From NCBI GenBank assembly GCA_036274635.1, contig DASUFI010000185.1, positions 1 through 59,096 on the forward strand: a stretch of 59,096 bases of DNA, in the 5' to 3' direction. A model generated the notes under the pieces. It had not been told where the DNA came from. It saw only the letters and a program-made list of their open reading frames with translations, and did not search any database. Shown here piece after piece: positions 1-8,360 of this stretch. Both the position numbers and the translations under genes were made by a program. Position 1 is the first letter of the stretch. Each line of letters begins with the position of its first letter. The stretch is from Planctomycetota bacterium. GTDB taxonomy: Bacteria; Planctomycetota; B15-G4.

Positions 1-25
1 GTCCCCGCCGCGCCTCCACGCGACA

Positions 26-184
26 TCAGGCGCCGAGGTCAGTCTTCAGGGCACTGAACTTGCCCTTGACCCAGGTGCCGATCGCCACGACGACGGCGAT
101 GAGGCCGGCGACGATCATGCCTGCGATGATGGCGTACTCGACCGTCTCAAGGCCGCGGTCGTCGGCGAGGAAGCTCTTCAACAT
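26..184 (-). CDS. flp: Flp/Fap family type IVb pilin, copy 1 (52 aa)
   Basis: Manual reverse-strand read (below the ORF-track size cutoff): MLKSFLADDRGLETVEYAIIAGMIVAGLIAVVVAIGTWVKGKFSALKTDLGA. It has the Flp prepilin motif G/LETVEY followed by a hydrophobic helix. ATG is at 184-182 and TGA at 28-26. Confidence 0.85.
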   Translation of the reverse strand: MLKSFLADDRGLETVEYAIIAGMIVAGLIAVVVAIGTWVKGKFSALKTDLGA

Positions 185-272
185 GGAATTGTCCTTTCGA
201 GCAGGGTGGGAGACTCCCCGCGTCCAGCCCCTTTCGGTCTGCCCGTCGACCGACTTGAGCCCGCACGAACGA

Positions 273-316
273 GGACCGCCCCACGTCCGGCGCGCGGCCG
301 GAGCATGGGGCGGTCC
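273..316 (-). other. GC-rich stem-loop between flp copy 2 and copy 1
   Basis: GGACCGCCCCA (273-283) pairs with TGGGGCGGTCC (306-316). An inner TCCGGC/GCCGGA pairing sits in the loop. There is no clear U-tract, so it may be an intercistronic processing, stability or attenuation element rather than a terminator. Confidence 0.4.
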
Positions 317-348
317 CGGGGAGGAGCGAGTTCGAGCCGGCGCGGCGC

Positions 349-507
349 TCAGGCGCCGAGGTCGGTCTTCAGGTCGCTGAACTTGCCCTTGACCCAGGTG
401 CCGATCGCGACGACCACGGCGATGAGGCCGGCCACGATCATGCCCGCGATGATGGCGTACTCGACCGTTTCCAGACCACGGTCGTCAGCAATGAAGCGCT
501 TCAGCAT
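349..507 (-). CDS. flp: Flp/Fap family type IVb pilin, copy 2 (52 aa)
   Basis: Manual read: MLKRFIADDRGLETVEYAIIAGMIVAGLIAVVVAIGTWVKGKFSDLKTDLGA. It differs from copy 1 at 3 residues, but the DNA also carries many synonymous differences. Confidence 0.85.
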   Translation of the reverse strand: MLKRFIADDRGLETVEYAIIAGMIVAGLIAVVVAIGTWVKGKFSDLKTDLGA

Positions 508-595
508 GTGAGGGATCCTTTCGTTGCGGCGCAGACTGGCAAGCCGCTGACCGTTTCTCGGACGAGGCGCCGGACCACTTGAGCGCGGGCTCCGC

Positions 596-754
596 TCAGG
601 CGCCGAGCTCGGTCTTGAAGTCGCCGTAGGTGCTCTGGACCCACTGGCCGAGGGCGATGACCGCCAGGACGCAGGCGCCCACGATGAGGCCGGCGATGAT
701 GGCGTATTCCACCGTCTCGAGGCCGCGGCTGTCGGCGAGGAAGCGCTTCAGCAT
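596..754 (-). CDS. flp: Flp/Fap family type IVb pilin, copy 3 (52 aa, diverged)
   Basis: This is the C-terminal 52 aa of ORF 596..1225(-): MLKRFLADSRGLETVEYAIIAGLIVGACVLAVIALGQWVQSTYGDFKTELGA. The same G/xxxxEY motif is present. The long upstream extension of that ORF is Arg/Pro-rich shadow sequence. Confidence 0.8.
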   Translation of the reverse strand: MLKRFLADSRGLETVEYAIIAGLIVGACVLAVIALGQWVQSTYGDFKTELGA

Positions 755-1022
755 CACGGGGGGTCTCGCTGCGGGACGGGAGCGTCGCGGGGTCAGGGTT
801 TCGACCAGACGGCACCCCCGACTTGATGCGATTCCGGGGGCCGCGAGGCCTGACCCGCCGCCTGATCGGACCGTGCCCGCAAAAGAAAGCGCGCTGTCCG
901 CGCGCCGTCGGTCAAGTGATGCTGCACAGGGAACGAAGAGGCCTGTGTCACCGGGCCAGGCGATCCGCAGTCGGACACGCGGGCCCGCACGCCCCTCCTC
1001 CCCTCTCGATTGCGATGCTCCC

Positions 1023-2372
1023 ATGATGCACCACAACAGGCTGCACACGCTGTCCGGCTCCGGGCCGCGAAGGTCCGAGCGCGGCTTCGTCCTCGTGATC
1101 GTTGCCATCCTCGCGCTGGTGGCGGTCGGCTTCGTCGGCCTTGCCGTCGACTTCAGCCACGAGCAGTCCGTCGCGGGCCAGCTGCAGGACGCCGCGGATG
1201 CCTCGGCGCTCGCGGCGGCCGCCAAGCTCTACCAGGAGGTCGGCACGCCCGCCGCCCTCAGCGGCTACCCCGCCACGCGGCAGAAGGCCATCGACGTCGC
1301 CGCCGTGAACAAGGCCGCCGACGGTCCCGTCAAGCTGAAGGCCAACGTCCAGAATGCCTCGAACGGCGACATCGTCCTGGGCACCTGGAGCGCGAGCACC
1401 AAGACCTTCACGCCGAACGTCGTCGCGCCCAACGCGGTCAAGGTCCTCGCCTGCCGCACCGAGGGCTCGATCAGCGGCCCGCTGCAGATGTCCTTCGGCG
1501 GGCCCTTCGACGCCGTGACCGCGAACGTGTCGCGCTCGTCCATCGCCTGCTTCAAGGCCAACAGCAACCCGCTCATCCACGTGCTCGAGCCGCATGACCA
1601 CGACGCGATGCACATGAACGGCACGACCGGCCTGGACGTGGCCGCGGGCTCGGTGCAGGTGAACTCGGACGACTCGTGCGCGCTGCACATCAACGGCACG
1701 CCGGTGCTCACGGCCGGCGGGGTGAACGTCGTGGGCAACGTGTGCGTGCCGGCCGGCTCGATCATGGGCCCGGTGCACACCGGCGCCTCGGTCATCCCCG
1801 ATCCGCTGGCCAACATCCTGCCCGACAACGCGGCCTGGAACGCGGTCAAGAACGGCATGTCCAAGCCGCTCGGCGGCAACGGCAAGATCTCGGCGTCCGG
1901 CACCTTCTCGCCCGGCTTCTACCCCAAGGGGCTCGACGTCCAGAACAGCCAGGTCGTCATGCTGCAGCCCGGCACCTACATGTTCGGCGGCAACATCTCG
2001 ATGAACGGCCAGGCGGAGCTGCACGGCACGGGCGTCACGATCCTGGTCGACCAGGGCTCGTCCATCACGGTCAAGGGTGGCGCGGTCGTCGACCTCTCGC
2101 CGCCCGCGTCGGGCACCTTCGAGGGGCTCGTGATGATGTGCAACCGCAACACGACGGATGCGAAGGCCTGCGAGATCGGCGGCAACGGCGTGCTGGTCTT
2201 CGACGGCACGATCTACGTGCCGTCCGGCGGCGTGCTGCTCGGCGGCACGGGCGTCGTGCCCAAGATCGGCCAGCTCGTCATCCGCTGGCTCGACGTGAGC
2301 GGCACCGCGGACCTGACCGGCAACGACATCGTGCCCGCCGCGGCGGGCGGAGTCGTCAGCCTGGTGCAGTGA
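1023..2372 (+). CDS. TadE/TadG-like Flp pilus assembly protein (paralog 1)
   Basis: In-frame ATG at 1023 within ORF 630..2372. The N-terminus RGFVLVIVAILALVAVGFVGLAVDFSHEQSVAGQLQDAADASALAAAAKL is the TadE/G-like membrane-anchor motif. The C-terminal part is Gly/Thr/Val-rich and looks beta-rich. Confidence 0.75.
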   Translation: MMHHNRLHTLSGSGPRRSERGFVLVIVAILALVAVGFVGLAVDFSHEQSVAGQLQDAADASALAAAAKLYQEVGTPAALSGYPATRQKAIDVAAVNKAADGPVKLKANVQNASNGDIVLGTWSASTKTFTPNVVAPNAVKVLACRTEGSISGPLQMSFGGPFDAVTANVSRSSIACFKANSNPLIHVLEPHDHDAMHMNGTTGLDVAAGSVQVNSDDSCALHINGTPVLTAGGVNVVGNVCVPAGSIMGPVHTGASVIPDPLANILPDNAAWNAVKNGMSKPLGGNGKISASGTFSPGFYPKGLDVQNSQVVMLQPGTYMFGGNISMNGQAELHGTGVTILVDQGSSITVKGGAVVDLSPPASGTFEGLVMMCNRNTTDAKACEIGGNGVLVFDGTIYVPSGGVLLGGTGVVPKIGQLVIRWLDVSGTADLTGNDIVPAAAGGVVSLVQ

Positions 2373-2779
2373 GCGCGCGCCCCGACCGGGCGCGAAAGCC
2401 CTGAGCACCCGCGCCGTCGCGGCACGACACCACGTGCCGCGACGGCGCGCGTGTTTGTGCCAGGCCGTGCGGGAGTGAGCGCGCGCTCCAGCGGGCCGCT
2501 GCGTGCCGCGAGGGATCTGTGCGCTTCGCAAGTCAGCGCGTGAGACGACCTGCGCGCGCGCCTCGACAACCCTCTGTGTGCGGCGCGCGGCGCTGTGATT
2601 CGGCGCGGCGGATCGCGCCACGGGAGCGCGCCGGTCCGGACGTGACAGGCGCCTTCTCGAGGGCCCCGAAGGGCCGATTCCCGGGCCTCCGAATGCGCCT
2701 CCGGGAATTCCGTCGCACGCGCGTGCCGCGGGATAGTCTTCGCCACCTCCAGCGAAGCCCACCCAGGAAAACAACACCC

Positions 2780-4120
2780 ATGCTCGCACGCTCCGCCCGT
2801 CGTCCCTGCCCCTCGCGCCGCAGCCAGCACGGCCTCATCGTCGTGTTCGTCGCCATCCTGGCGATCGTCATCTTCGGATTCGTCGGCCTCGCGGTCGACG
2901 CCGCGCACATCCAGTCCGCCGGCAGCCAGCTGCAGAACGCGGCCGATGCGGCCGCCCTCGCGGCGGCGGCCAAGGTGCACCTCGAAGGCCTCACGGGCGG
3001 CTCGCTCGGGACCTACGCGGTGACGCGCAAGGCCGCGACGGACATCGCCGTGCTGAACCTCGCCGCCGAGAAGACGGTCACGCTGAAGGCCAACGCCTCC
3101 AATGACGCCTCGGGCGACGTGGTGGTCGGCTTCTGGAACAACGAGGACCATACGTTCACGCCGAACCTCGTCCTGCCCAACGCCGTCAAGGTCACGGCGC
3201 GCCTGTCCGGCGACTCGGCCGCCGGCGCGCTGCCCTTGACCTTCGGCTCGATGTTCGGCGCGGCCACCAGCGACGTCGAGCGCACCGCCATCGCCAGCCT
3301 CGACTTCGAGCCGAACGCCTTCATCCATGTCCTCGACCCGTCCGGCAAGGGCACGCTCAAGCTGAGCGGCACCGCCGACATCCAGTGCGCCGAGGGCAAG
3401 GTCCAGGTGGACTCCTCCAACAGCTGCGCCATCGACTTCAACGGCACGCCGACGCTCACCGCGGCGAAGACCACCGTGCACGGCGGCAGCTGCGCGGCGA
3501 GCGGGTGCATCCAGGGGCCCCTCGTGCAGAACGGCCCCGTCGAGGCGGACCCGCTGGCCGACATCCTTCCCACGACGACTGACTGGAACACCGTGAAGGC
3601 CGCGATGGCCAAGCCCCTCGGCGCCACCGGCGCGATCGCGGCGGCCGGTGTGTTCACCCCCGGCTACTACCCCAAGGGCCTTTCGATCAACAACTCGACG
3701 ACGGTCACGCTGCTCCCCGGCACCTACATGTTCGGGGACGACCTCTCCATGAGCGGGCAGACGCTGCTGTCGGGCGCGGGCGTGACCATCCTGATGGACA
3801 AGGGCGCCAAGGTCAGCGTGGGCGGCGGCGCGTCGCTCGTGCTCACGCCCCCGGTCGCCGGTCCCTACGAGGGGCTCACCGTGATGTTCCACCGCGAGAC
3901 GACGGGCGGATCCGTGTGCAGCATCGGCGGCGGCGGCGCGATCTCCTTCGAGGGCACGCTGTACTGCCCCAAAGGCGAGGTGGACCTGGGCGGCACGAGC
4001 GGCCTGCAGCAGTTCGGCCAGATCGTGTGCTGGCACCTCAGCTGCAGCGGCACGCCCCAGATCACGGGCGACGACATCGTGCCGCCCAAGGCCACGGGCC
4101 CGGTCTGCCTGGTGCAGTGA
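2780..4120 (+). CDS. TadE/TadG-like Flp pilus assembly protein (paralog 2)
   Basis: In-frame ATG at 2780 within ORF 2519..4120. HGLIVVFVAILAIVIFGFVGLAVDAAHIQSAGSQLQNAADAAALAAAAKV is colinear with the upstream paralog over the whole length. Confidence 0.75.
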   Translation: MLARSARRPCPSRRSQHGLIVVFVAILAIVIFGFVGLAVDAAHIQSAGSQLQNAADAAALAAAAKVHLEGLTGGSLGTYAVTRKAATDIAVLNLAAEKTVTLKANASNDASGDVVVGFWNNEDHTFTPNLVLPNAVKVTARLSGDSAAGALPLTFGSMFGAATSDVERTAIASLDFEPNAFIHVLDPSGKGTLKLSGTADIQCAEGKVQVDSSNSCAIDFNGTPTLTAAKTTVHGGSCAASGCIQGPLVQNGPVEADPLADILPTTTDWNTVKAAMAKPLGATGAIAAAGVFTPGYYPKGLSINNSTTVTLLPGTYMFGDDLSMSGQTLLSGAGVTILMDKGAKVSVGGGASLVLTPPVAGPYEGLTVMFHRETTGGSVCSIGGGGAISFEGTLYCPKGEVDLGGTSGLQQFGQIVCWHLSCSGTPQITGDDIVPPKATGPVCLVQ

Positions 4121-4126
4121 GCCGGG

Positions 4127-5128
4127 TCACTCGCGCGAGAAGCGGCTGACGCGGCCGCTGCGGCTCCAGTCCTCCACGAACAGGTCGCCGGCCGCGTCGA
4201 AGGCCACCGCGTGCGGCGCGCAGAGCACGTCGGTGCGCCAGTCGGACGGCGCCACCTCGAAGTTCGCTCGCTGGCCGGCGTCGGCGTTGTCGCCGACGAC
4301 GGCCAGCAGCGTGCTGTCGCGGTCGAGCAGGGCGACACGGCCCTCCAGCTCGGCCACCGCCACGCGGTCGCCGAGGAAGGCCACCGTGCAGGGCCGGCGC
4401 AGCCCCTGCGCGTAGACGCCCAGGAAGTTGCCGTCCAGGTCGAAGTGCAGCAGGCGCCTGTTCTCGCGGTCGCACACCAGCAGCCGCGGAGTCCCGAAGC
4501 GCGTATCGATGGCCAGGCCGTGCGGCACGTGGCATTGGCCAGGGCCCTCGCCCGGACCCGCGAAGCTGCGCAGCCAGCGGTGCTGGGCGTCGTACTCATG
4601 GATGAACGAGGTGCCGTAGCCGTCCGCCACGAACAGCCGGCCGTCGGGCGCGAGGGCCACGGCCGTGGGGTTGAAGTCCGTGGGCTGCGCATAGGCGCCG
4701 CACTCGAGGGGCGCGCCCAGCTCCCACAGCTCCGTGCCGTCGAGGCGCGCCTCGACCACGCGGTGCCGGCTCAGCTGCGCCACCAGCAGCCGCTGCTCGC
4801 CGCCGACGTCGTGCAGCAGCAGCGCGTGGCTGCCCGACAGGCCGGGGATCGACGCCACGAACTCCCCGTCGGGCGCGAAGGCCACCACCCCGTGTGGCCC
4901 GTCGGTCCCGGCCCACAGCCGGCCGTCGTGGTCGAAGACGAGGCCGCCATGCGTGGGCCCGAGGTCCAGCGGCGCGGCGGCCCAGCCGGGATCGGGCGTC
5001 CAGCGCGGCGGGGCCGTGCTGGCGGTGGACACGGAGGTCGCCGCTTGACCCGAGTCAACGGACAGGGCCGGCTCGCGCGTGGCGGGGGAGCAGGCGGCGA
5101 TCACGCTCAGGGCGAACACGGCACGCAT
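4127..5128 (-). CDS. NHL-repeat / six-bladed beta-propeller lipoprotein
   Basis: Internal ATG at 5128 with GGAGGAAG upstream. Signal/lipobox is MRAVFALSVIAAC. Repeated propeller motifs are present (GLVFDHDGRLW, AVALAPDGRLFVAD, PHGLAIDTRFG, PHAVAFDAAGDLFV). Confidence 0.7.
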   Translation of the reverse strand: MRAVFALSVIAACSPATREPALSVDSGQAATSVSTASTAPPRWTPDPGWAAAPLDLGPTHGGLVFDHDGRLWAGTDGPHGVVAFAPDGEFVASIPGLSGSHALLLHDVGGEQRLLVAQLSRHRVVEARLDGTELWELGAPLECGAYAQPTDFNPTAVALAPDGRLFVADGYGTSFIHEYDAQHRWLRSFAGPGEGPGQCHVPHGLAIDTRFGTPRLLVCDRENRRLLHFDLDGNFLGVYAQGLRRPCTVAFLGDRVAVAELEGRVALLDRDSTLLAVVGDNADAGQRANFEVAPSDWRTDVLCAPHAVAFDAAGDLFVEDWSRSGRVSRFSRE

Positions 5129-5163
5129 GGGCTTCCTCCGGGGAGGGCGGCCGGTGCCGGCGC

Positions 5164-5676
5164 TCACCAGCCTTCGTCGGGGCCGGGCACGTCGCCGCGC
5201 AGCATCTCCACGTCGGATCGGTCGCGCAAGGCCTTGCTCCTGCGGCGGCGCGGGTCGGCGGCGGCGCGCTCCTTGAGCGCGATGAGGTCCTCGCGGCGCA
5301 CGATGCGGATGGGAGTGCCGGCCACGCTGCAGGTCTCGGCGCGGTCGATGGCGGCGTCGAAGCCGGCGTCGAACGCCAATTGCAGCGGCTCGCCTTGCGC
5401 GTGCACCAGGTTGACGCTGTGGGCGAACCGGCCATGCAGCGCGAAACCGCCTTCGGCACCGCGCGGCTCTCCCGTTCGGACCGCGACGGCAAGGCCCCCG
5501 ATGAGCGCGTGACCGACTCCGGCGCGAGCCAGGCACGCGACAGATTCGACGAGGGCGCGCGGCAGCGTGGATGGCTCCCTCGGGGCCTCTGCTCCACGAA
5601 GCGCGGCAGCCAGCTGCCGATCCCGGCAAGTCAGCCGGGACGACATGTGGATGATCTCGGCTGCCCGGGCGGACAT
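5164..5676 (-). CDS. Hypothetical protein, nucleotidyltransferase-fold-like (MNT/AbiEii-like), apparently degenerate
   Basis: ALIGGLAVAVRTGEPRGAEGG...IRIVRREDLIALKERAAADPRRRRSKALRDRSDVEML resembles small nucleotidyltransferases (minimal NTases). The expected T-x-D-x-D catalytic stretch reads AEGGF instead. The start (5676 or 5646) is uncertain. Confidence 0.4.
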   Translation of the reverse strand: MSARAAEIIHMSSRLTCRDRQLAAALRGAEAPREPSTLPRALVESVACLARAGVGHALIGGLAVAVRTGEPRGAEGGFALHGRFAHSVNLVHAQGEPLQLAFDAGFDAAIDRAETCSVAGTPIRIVRREDLIALKERAAADPRRRRSKALRDRSDVEMLRGDVPGPDEGW

Positions 5677-5799
5677 GCTGGTCAGCCTAGCAGGCAGGCA
5701 TCGACGGCCTTGGGGCCCGTCGCCCAGTCACCGCGCAGCCGACGTGCATGCCTCCGCCCGGATGAGGTACGGTGCCGCCGTCTCCCGGAGGCCAAGGCC

Positions 5800-6681
5800 T
5801 TGAAGCCCACGCGTACCGCATCCCGTCTCGCGCTCGCCGCCCTGCTGCTCCCGCTGGCCGCCGCGTCCGCGTGCAGCTCGGAGAAGGCCACGTCCGCCAA
5901 GGCTGCGCCGACCCCGCCGGCAGCCCAGGCCGCGAAGACCTCGCCGGCCGCGCCCGGCTCCACGGCGATGGTCGCCATCTCGCAGCCGGCGACGGCCACG
6001 GCTCCGGCCAGCACCACGACGGTCAGCGTCGCCAAGCCCGCCGCCCCGCCGGTCGCGCCCGCACCCGGCGCGCCGGCCACTCCGCCGACGCCGGCCGCGC
6101 CGACCACTCCGCCCGCCCCGCCGACACTGGCTGCGCCCGCCGCCGCCGTCGCCAATCCCGCACCCGCCCAGGAGACCACCATGCCCGCGCCCGCCGCCGC
6201 GCCCGCCTCGTTCTACGCCTTCAAGACCACCACGCTCGAGGGCCAGCCCGCCGACCTGTCGCAGTACAAGGGCAAGGTGCTGCTCGTGGTCAACGTCGCC
6301 AGCCAGTGCGGCCTGACGCCGCAGTACACGGCCCTCGAGGCGCTGCACGAGGAGCTGAGCCCCAAGGGCTTCTCGGTGCTCGGCTTCCCGTCCAACGACT
6401 TCGGCGGTCAGGAGCCCGGCACCCCGCAGGAGATCCGCACCTTCTGCGACACGAACTACCACGTGACCTTCCCGATGTTCTCCAAGCTGCAGACCAAGGC
6501 CGGCGACGGCCAGTCGCCCATGTACGCCTGGCTGAACGAGAAGACCGGCAGCCTGCCGCGCTGGAACTTCGGCAAGTATCTGATCGGCAAGGACGGCAAG
6601 GTCATCGCCTTCTTCGACAGCAAGGTGACGCCCGACGACCCGGCGCTGCGCGCCGCGATCGACAAGGCGCTGAGCAGCTGA
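5800..6681 (+). CDS. gpx: Glutathione peroxidase (Cys-type) with lipoprotein signal and a roughly 100-aa Pro/Ala-rich tether
   Basis: TTG at 5800 is preceded by GGAG (5787-5790). The signal is LALAALLLPLAAASAC. The catalytic core is VLLVVNVASQCGLTPQY...LGFPSNDFGGQEPG...WNFGKYLI. The 5' part of ORF 4894..6681 was rejected as shadow. Confidence 0.8.
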   Translation: MKPTRTASRLALAALLLPLAAASACSSEKATSAKAAPTPPAAQAAKTSPAAPGSTAMVAISQPATATAPASTTTVSVAKPAAPPVAPAPGAPATPPTPAAPTTPPAPPTLAAPAAAVANPAPAQETTMPAPAAAPASFYAFKTTTLEGQPADLSQYKGKVLLVVNVASQCGLTPQYTALEALHEELSPKGFSVLGFPSNDFGGQEPGTPQEIRTFCDTNYHVTFPMFSKLQTKAGDGQSPMYAWLNEKTGSLPRWNFGKYLIGKDGKVIAFFDSKVTPDDPALRAAIDKALSS

Positions 6682-6773
6682 CGGCGGCCGCGGCTCAGCC
6701 CGGCTGCGAGCGGCCCAGCAGGTTCTGCAGGTCGACCACCGGCGTACTGCCGCCGCCGAGGACCCCGCCCGCT

Positions 6774-8360
6774 CTACCCGATCACCCGCGGCTCCTTCAC
6801 CGCCCGCACCTCGTCCGGCCGCCCGACGCTGCGTGTGTGCGGCGCCTGCCGCAGCACGTCGGGATCGCTCTCCGCTTCCTTCCAGATCTGCAGCATCACG
6901 TCGCAGAACCTGTCGAGCGTCTCCTTGCTCTCCGTCTCCGTCGGCTCGACCATGATCGACTCGGGCACGATGAGCGGGAAGTAGATCGTGGGCGGGTGGA
7001 TGCCGTAGTCGATGAGGCGCTTGGCCACGTCCAGCGTGCGCAGGCCGTTGGGCAGGCCCTTGCCGGTGAAGACGGCCTCGTGCATGCAGGTTTCGTCGTT
7101 CCACACGCGCCAGGTCTTGTGCAGGCGGGCGCGGATGTAGTTGGCGTTGAGGACCGCGCCCTCGGCGATGGCGACCAGGCCCTCGGGGCCGTGGGCGCGC
7201 ATGTAGGCGTAGGAGCGCACCATGACGCCGGCGTGGGCCATGTACCCGCGCGTGCGGCCGATGGACTTCGGGCTGCGCGTCACGGTCACGAACTTGTAGA
7301 CCGGCTTGCCGTCCTTGCCGACGCTCTCCTTGCGCTCCACCTTCGGCACGGGCAGGTACGGCGCGAGCGCCTCGGTGACCGCGATGGGGCCGGCGCCCGG
7401 GCCGCCGCCGCCGTGGGGCTGGCTGAAGGTCTTGTGCAGGTTGAAGTGCATGACGTCGATGCCGAAGTCGCCGGGGCGCGACTTGCCGACGATCGCATTC
7501 ATGTTCGCCCCGTCCATGTAGACGAGGCCGCCCACGGCGTGGATGCGGCCCGTGATCTCGCGGATGTTCTTCACGAACAGGCCGAGCGTGCTCGGGTTCG
7601 TGATCATCATGCCGGCCACGTCCTTGCCGTCGCCGATCTTGCGCTCGAAGTCGGCCATGTCCACGGCGCCGCCCTCGGTGCTCTTCACCTCGCGCGTGTC
7701 GAAGCCGGCGATGGTGCAGGACGCCGGGTTCGTGCCGTGCGCCGAGTCGGTGATGAGGATGACCTTTTTCTTCCGGCCCCCGTGCTCGTCGAGGGACTTG
7801 CGCATGACCATCAGGGCGGTCAGCTCGCCGTGCGCGCCCGCCGCGGGATGCAGCGAGACGAAGGGCAGGCCGGAGACCGCGATGAGCCAGCGCTCGACGC
7901 GCCAAAAGAGCTCGAGCATGCCCTGCGACTGGTCGTCGGTCTGCAGCGGGTGCATGTCGGCGAGGCCCGGGATCGCGCACGCCGCCTCGTTCACGAGGGG
8001 GTTGTATTTCATCGTGCACGAGCCGAGCGGATAGAAGGCGTTGGCGATCGAGAAGTTGAGCGAGGAGAGCCAGGTGTAGTGGCGCTGGCAGTCGGCCTCG
8101 CCGATCTCGGGCAGCGCGGCGGGCTCGGCGCGGCGCGCGAAGGCGGGCAGCGCGTCGTCGACGCGCGTGTCGGGCACGCCGGCCGGCGGCGGGCGCACCC
8201 CGCGGCGACCGGGCACCGAGGCCTCGAACACCGTGAAGGCCCGCGGCACGTCGGGCGCGAGGGGCGTGCCCTTGGCCGAGAGCAGGCGCGGCCGGCTCGG
8301 CGGGGCGCCCGGGGCGTGCGGGGCGGCGGGTGGCGTGCGGGGTGTCTCCACGGTGCTCAC
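6774..8360 (-). CDS. gcvPB: Glycine dehydrogenase (aminomethyl-transferring) subunit 2
   Basis: ...FYPLGSCTMKYNPLVNE...FNLHKTFSQPHGGGGPG... is the PLP-lysine region. GTG at 8360 has GGAGAG 6 nt upstream and overlaps the gcvPA stop (GTGA). An alternative GTG at 8249 would remove a Pro-rich 37-aa extension. Confidence 0.85.
   Translation of the reverse strand: MSTVETPRTPPAAPHAPGAPPSRPRLLSAKGTPLAPDVPRAFTVFEASVPGRRGVRPPPAGVPDTRVDDALPAFARRAEPAALPEIGEADCQRHYTWLSSLNFSIANAFYPLGSCTMKYNPLVNEAACAIPGLADMHPLQTDDQSQGMLELFWRVERWLIAVSGLPFVSLHPAAGAHGELTALMVMRKSLDEHGGRKKKVILITDSAHGTNPASCTIAGFDTREVKSTEGGAVDMADFERKIGDGKDVAGMMITNPSTLGLFVKNIREITGRIHAVGGLVYMDGANMNAIVGKSRPGDFGIDVMHFNLHKTFSQPHGGGGPGAGPIAVTEALAPYLPVPKVERKESVGKDGKPVYKFVTVTRSPKSIGRTRGYMAHAGVMVRSYAYMRAHGPEGLVAIAEGAVLNANYIRARLHKTWRVWNDETCMHEAVFTGKGLPNGLRTLDVAKRLIDYGIHPPTIYFPLIVPESIMVEPTETESKETLDRFCDVMLQIWKEAESDPDVLRQAPHTRSVGRPDEVRAVKEPRVIG

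Noticed and set aside
948-4036. Long minus-strand ORFs 948..2789 (613 aa) and 2213..4036 (607 aa), antisense to the TadG-like genes
   Set aside because: Their translations are Arg/Ala/Gly/Asp/His-rich and low-complexity, with no motifs, typical of antisense shadow ORFs in about 70% GC DNA. The plus-strand frames carry recognisable TadE/G-like sequence.
4894-5799. Upstream 300 codons of the ORF containing glutathione peroxidase, and similarly the upstream parts of ORFs 4127..5629, 23396..25429, 34529..36406, 36422..38929, 38215..39894, 38943..41534 and 44572..47958
   Set aside because: The first start codon in each ORF-track entry lies in Arg/Pro-rich non-coding-like sequence. In each case an internal start is followed by a signal peptide, lipobox or conserved N-terminus, often with an RBS, and I chose that start instead.
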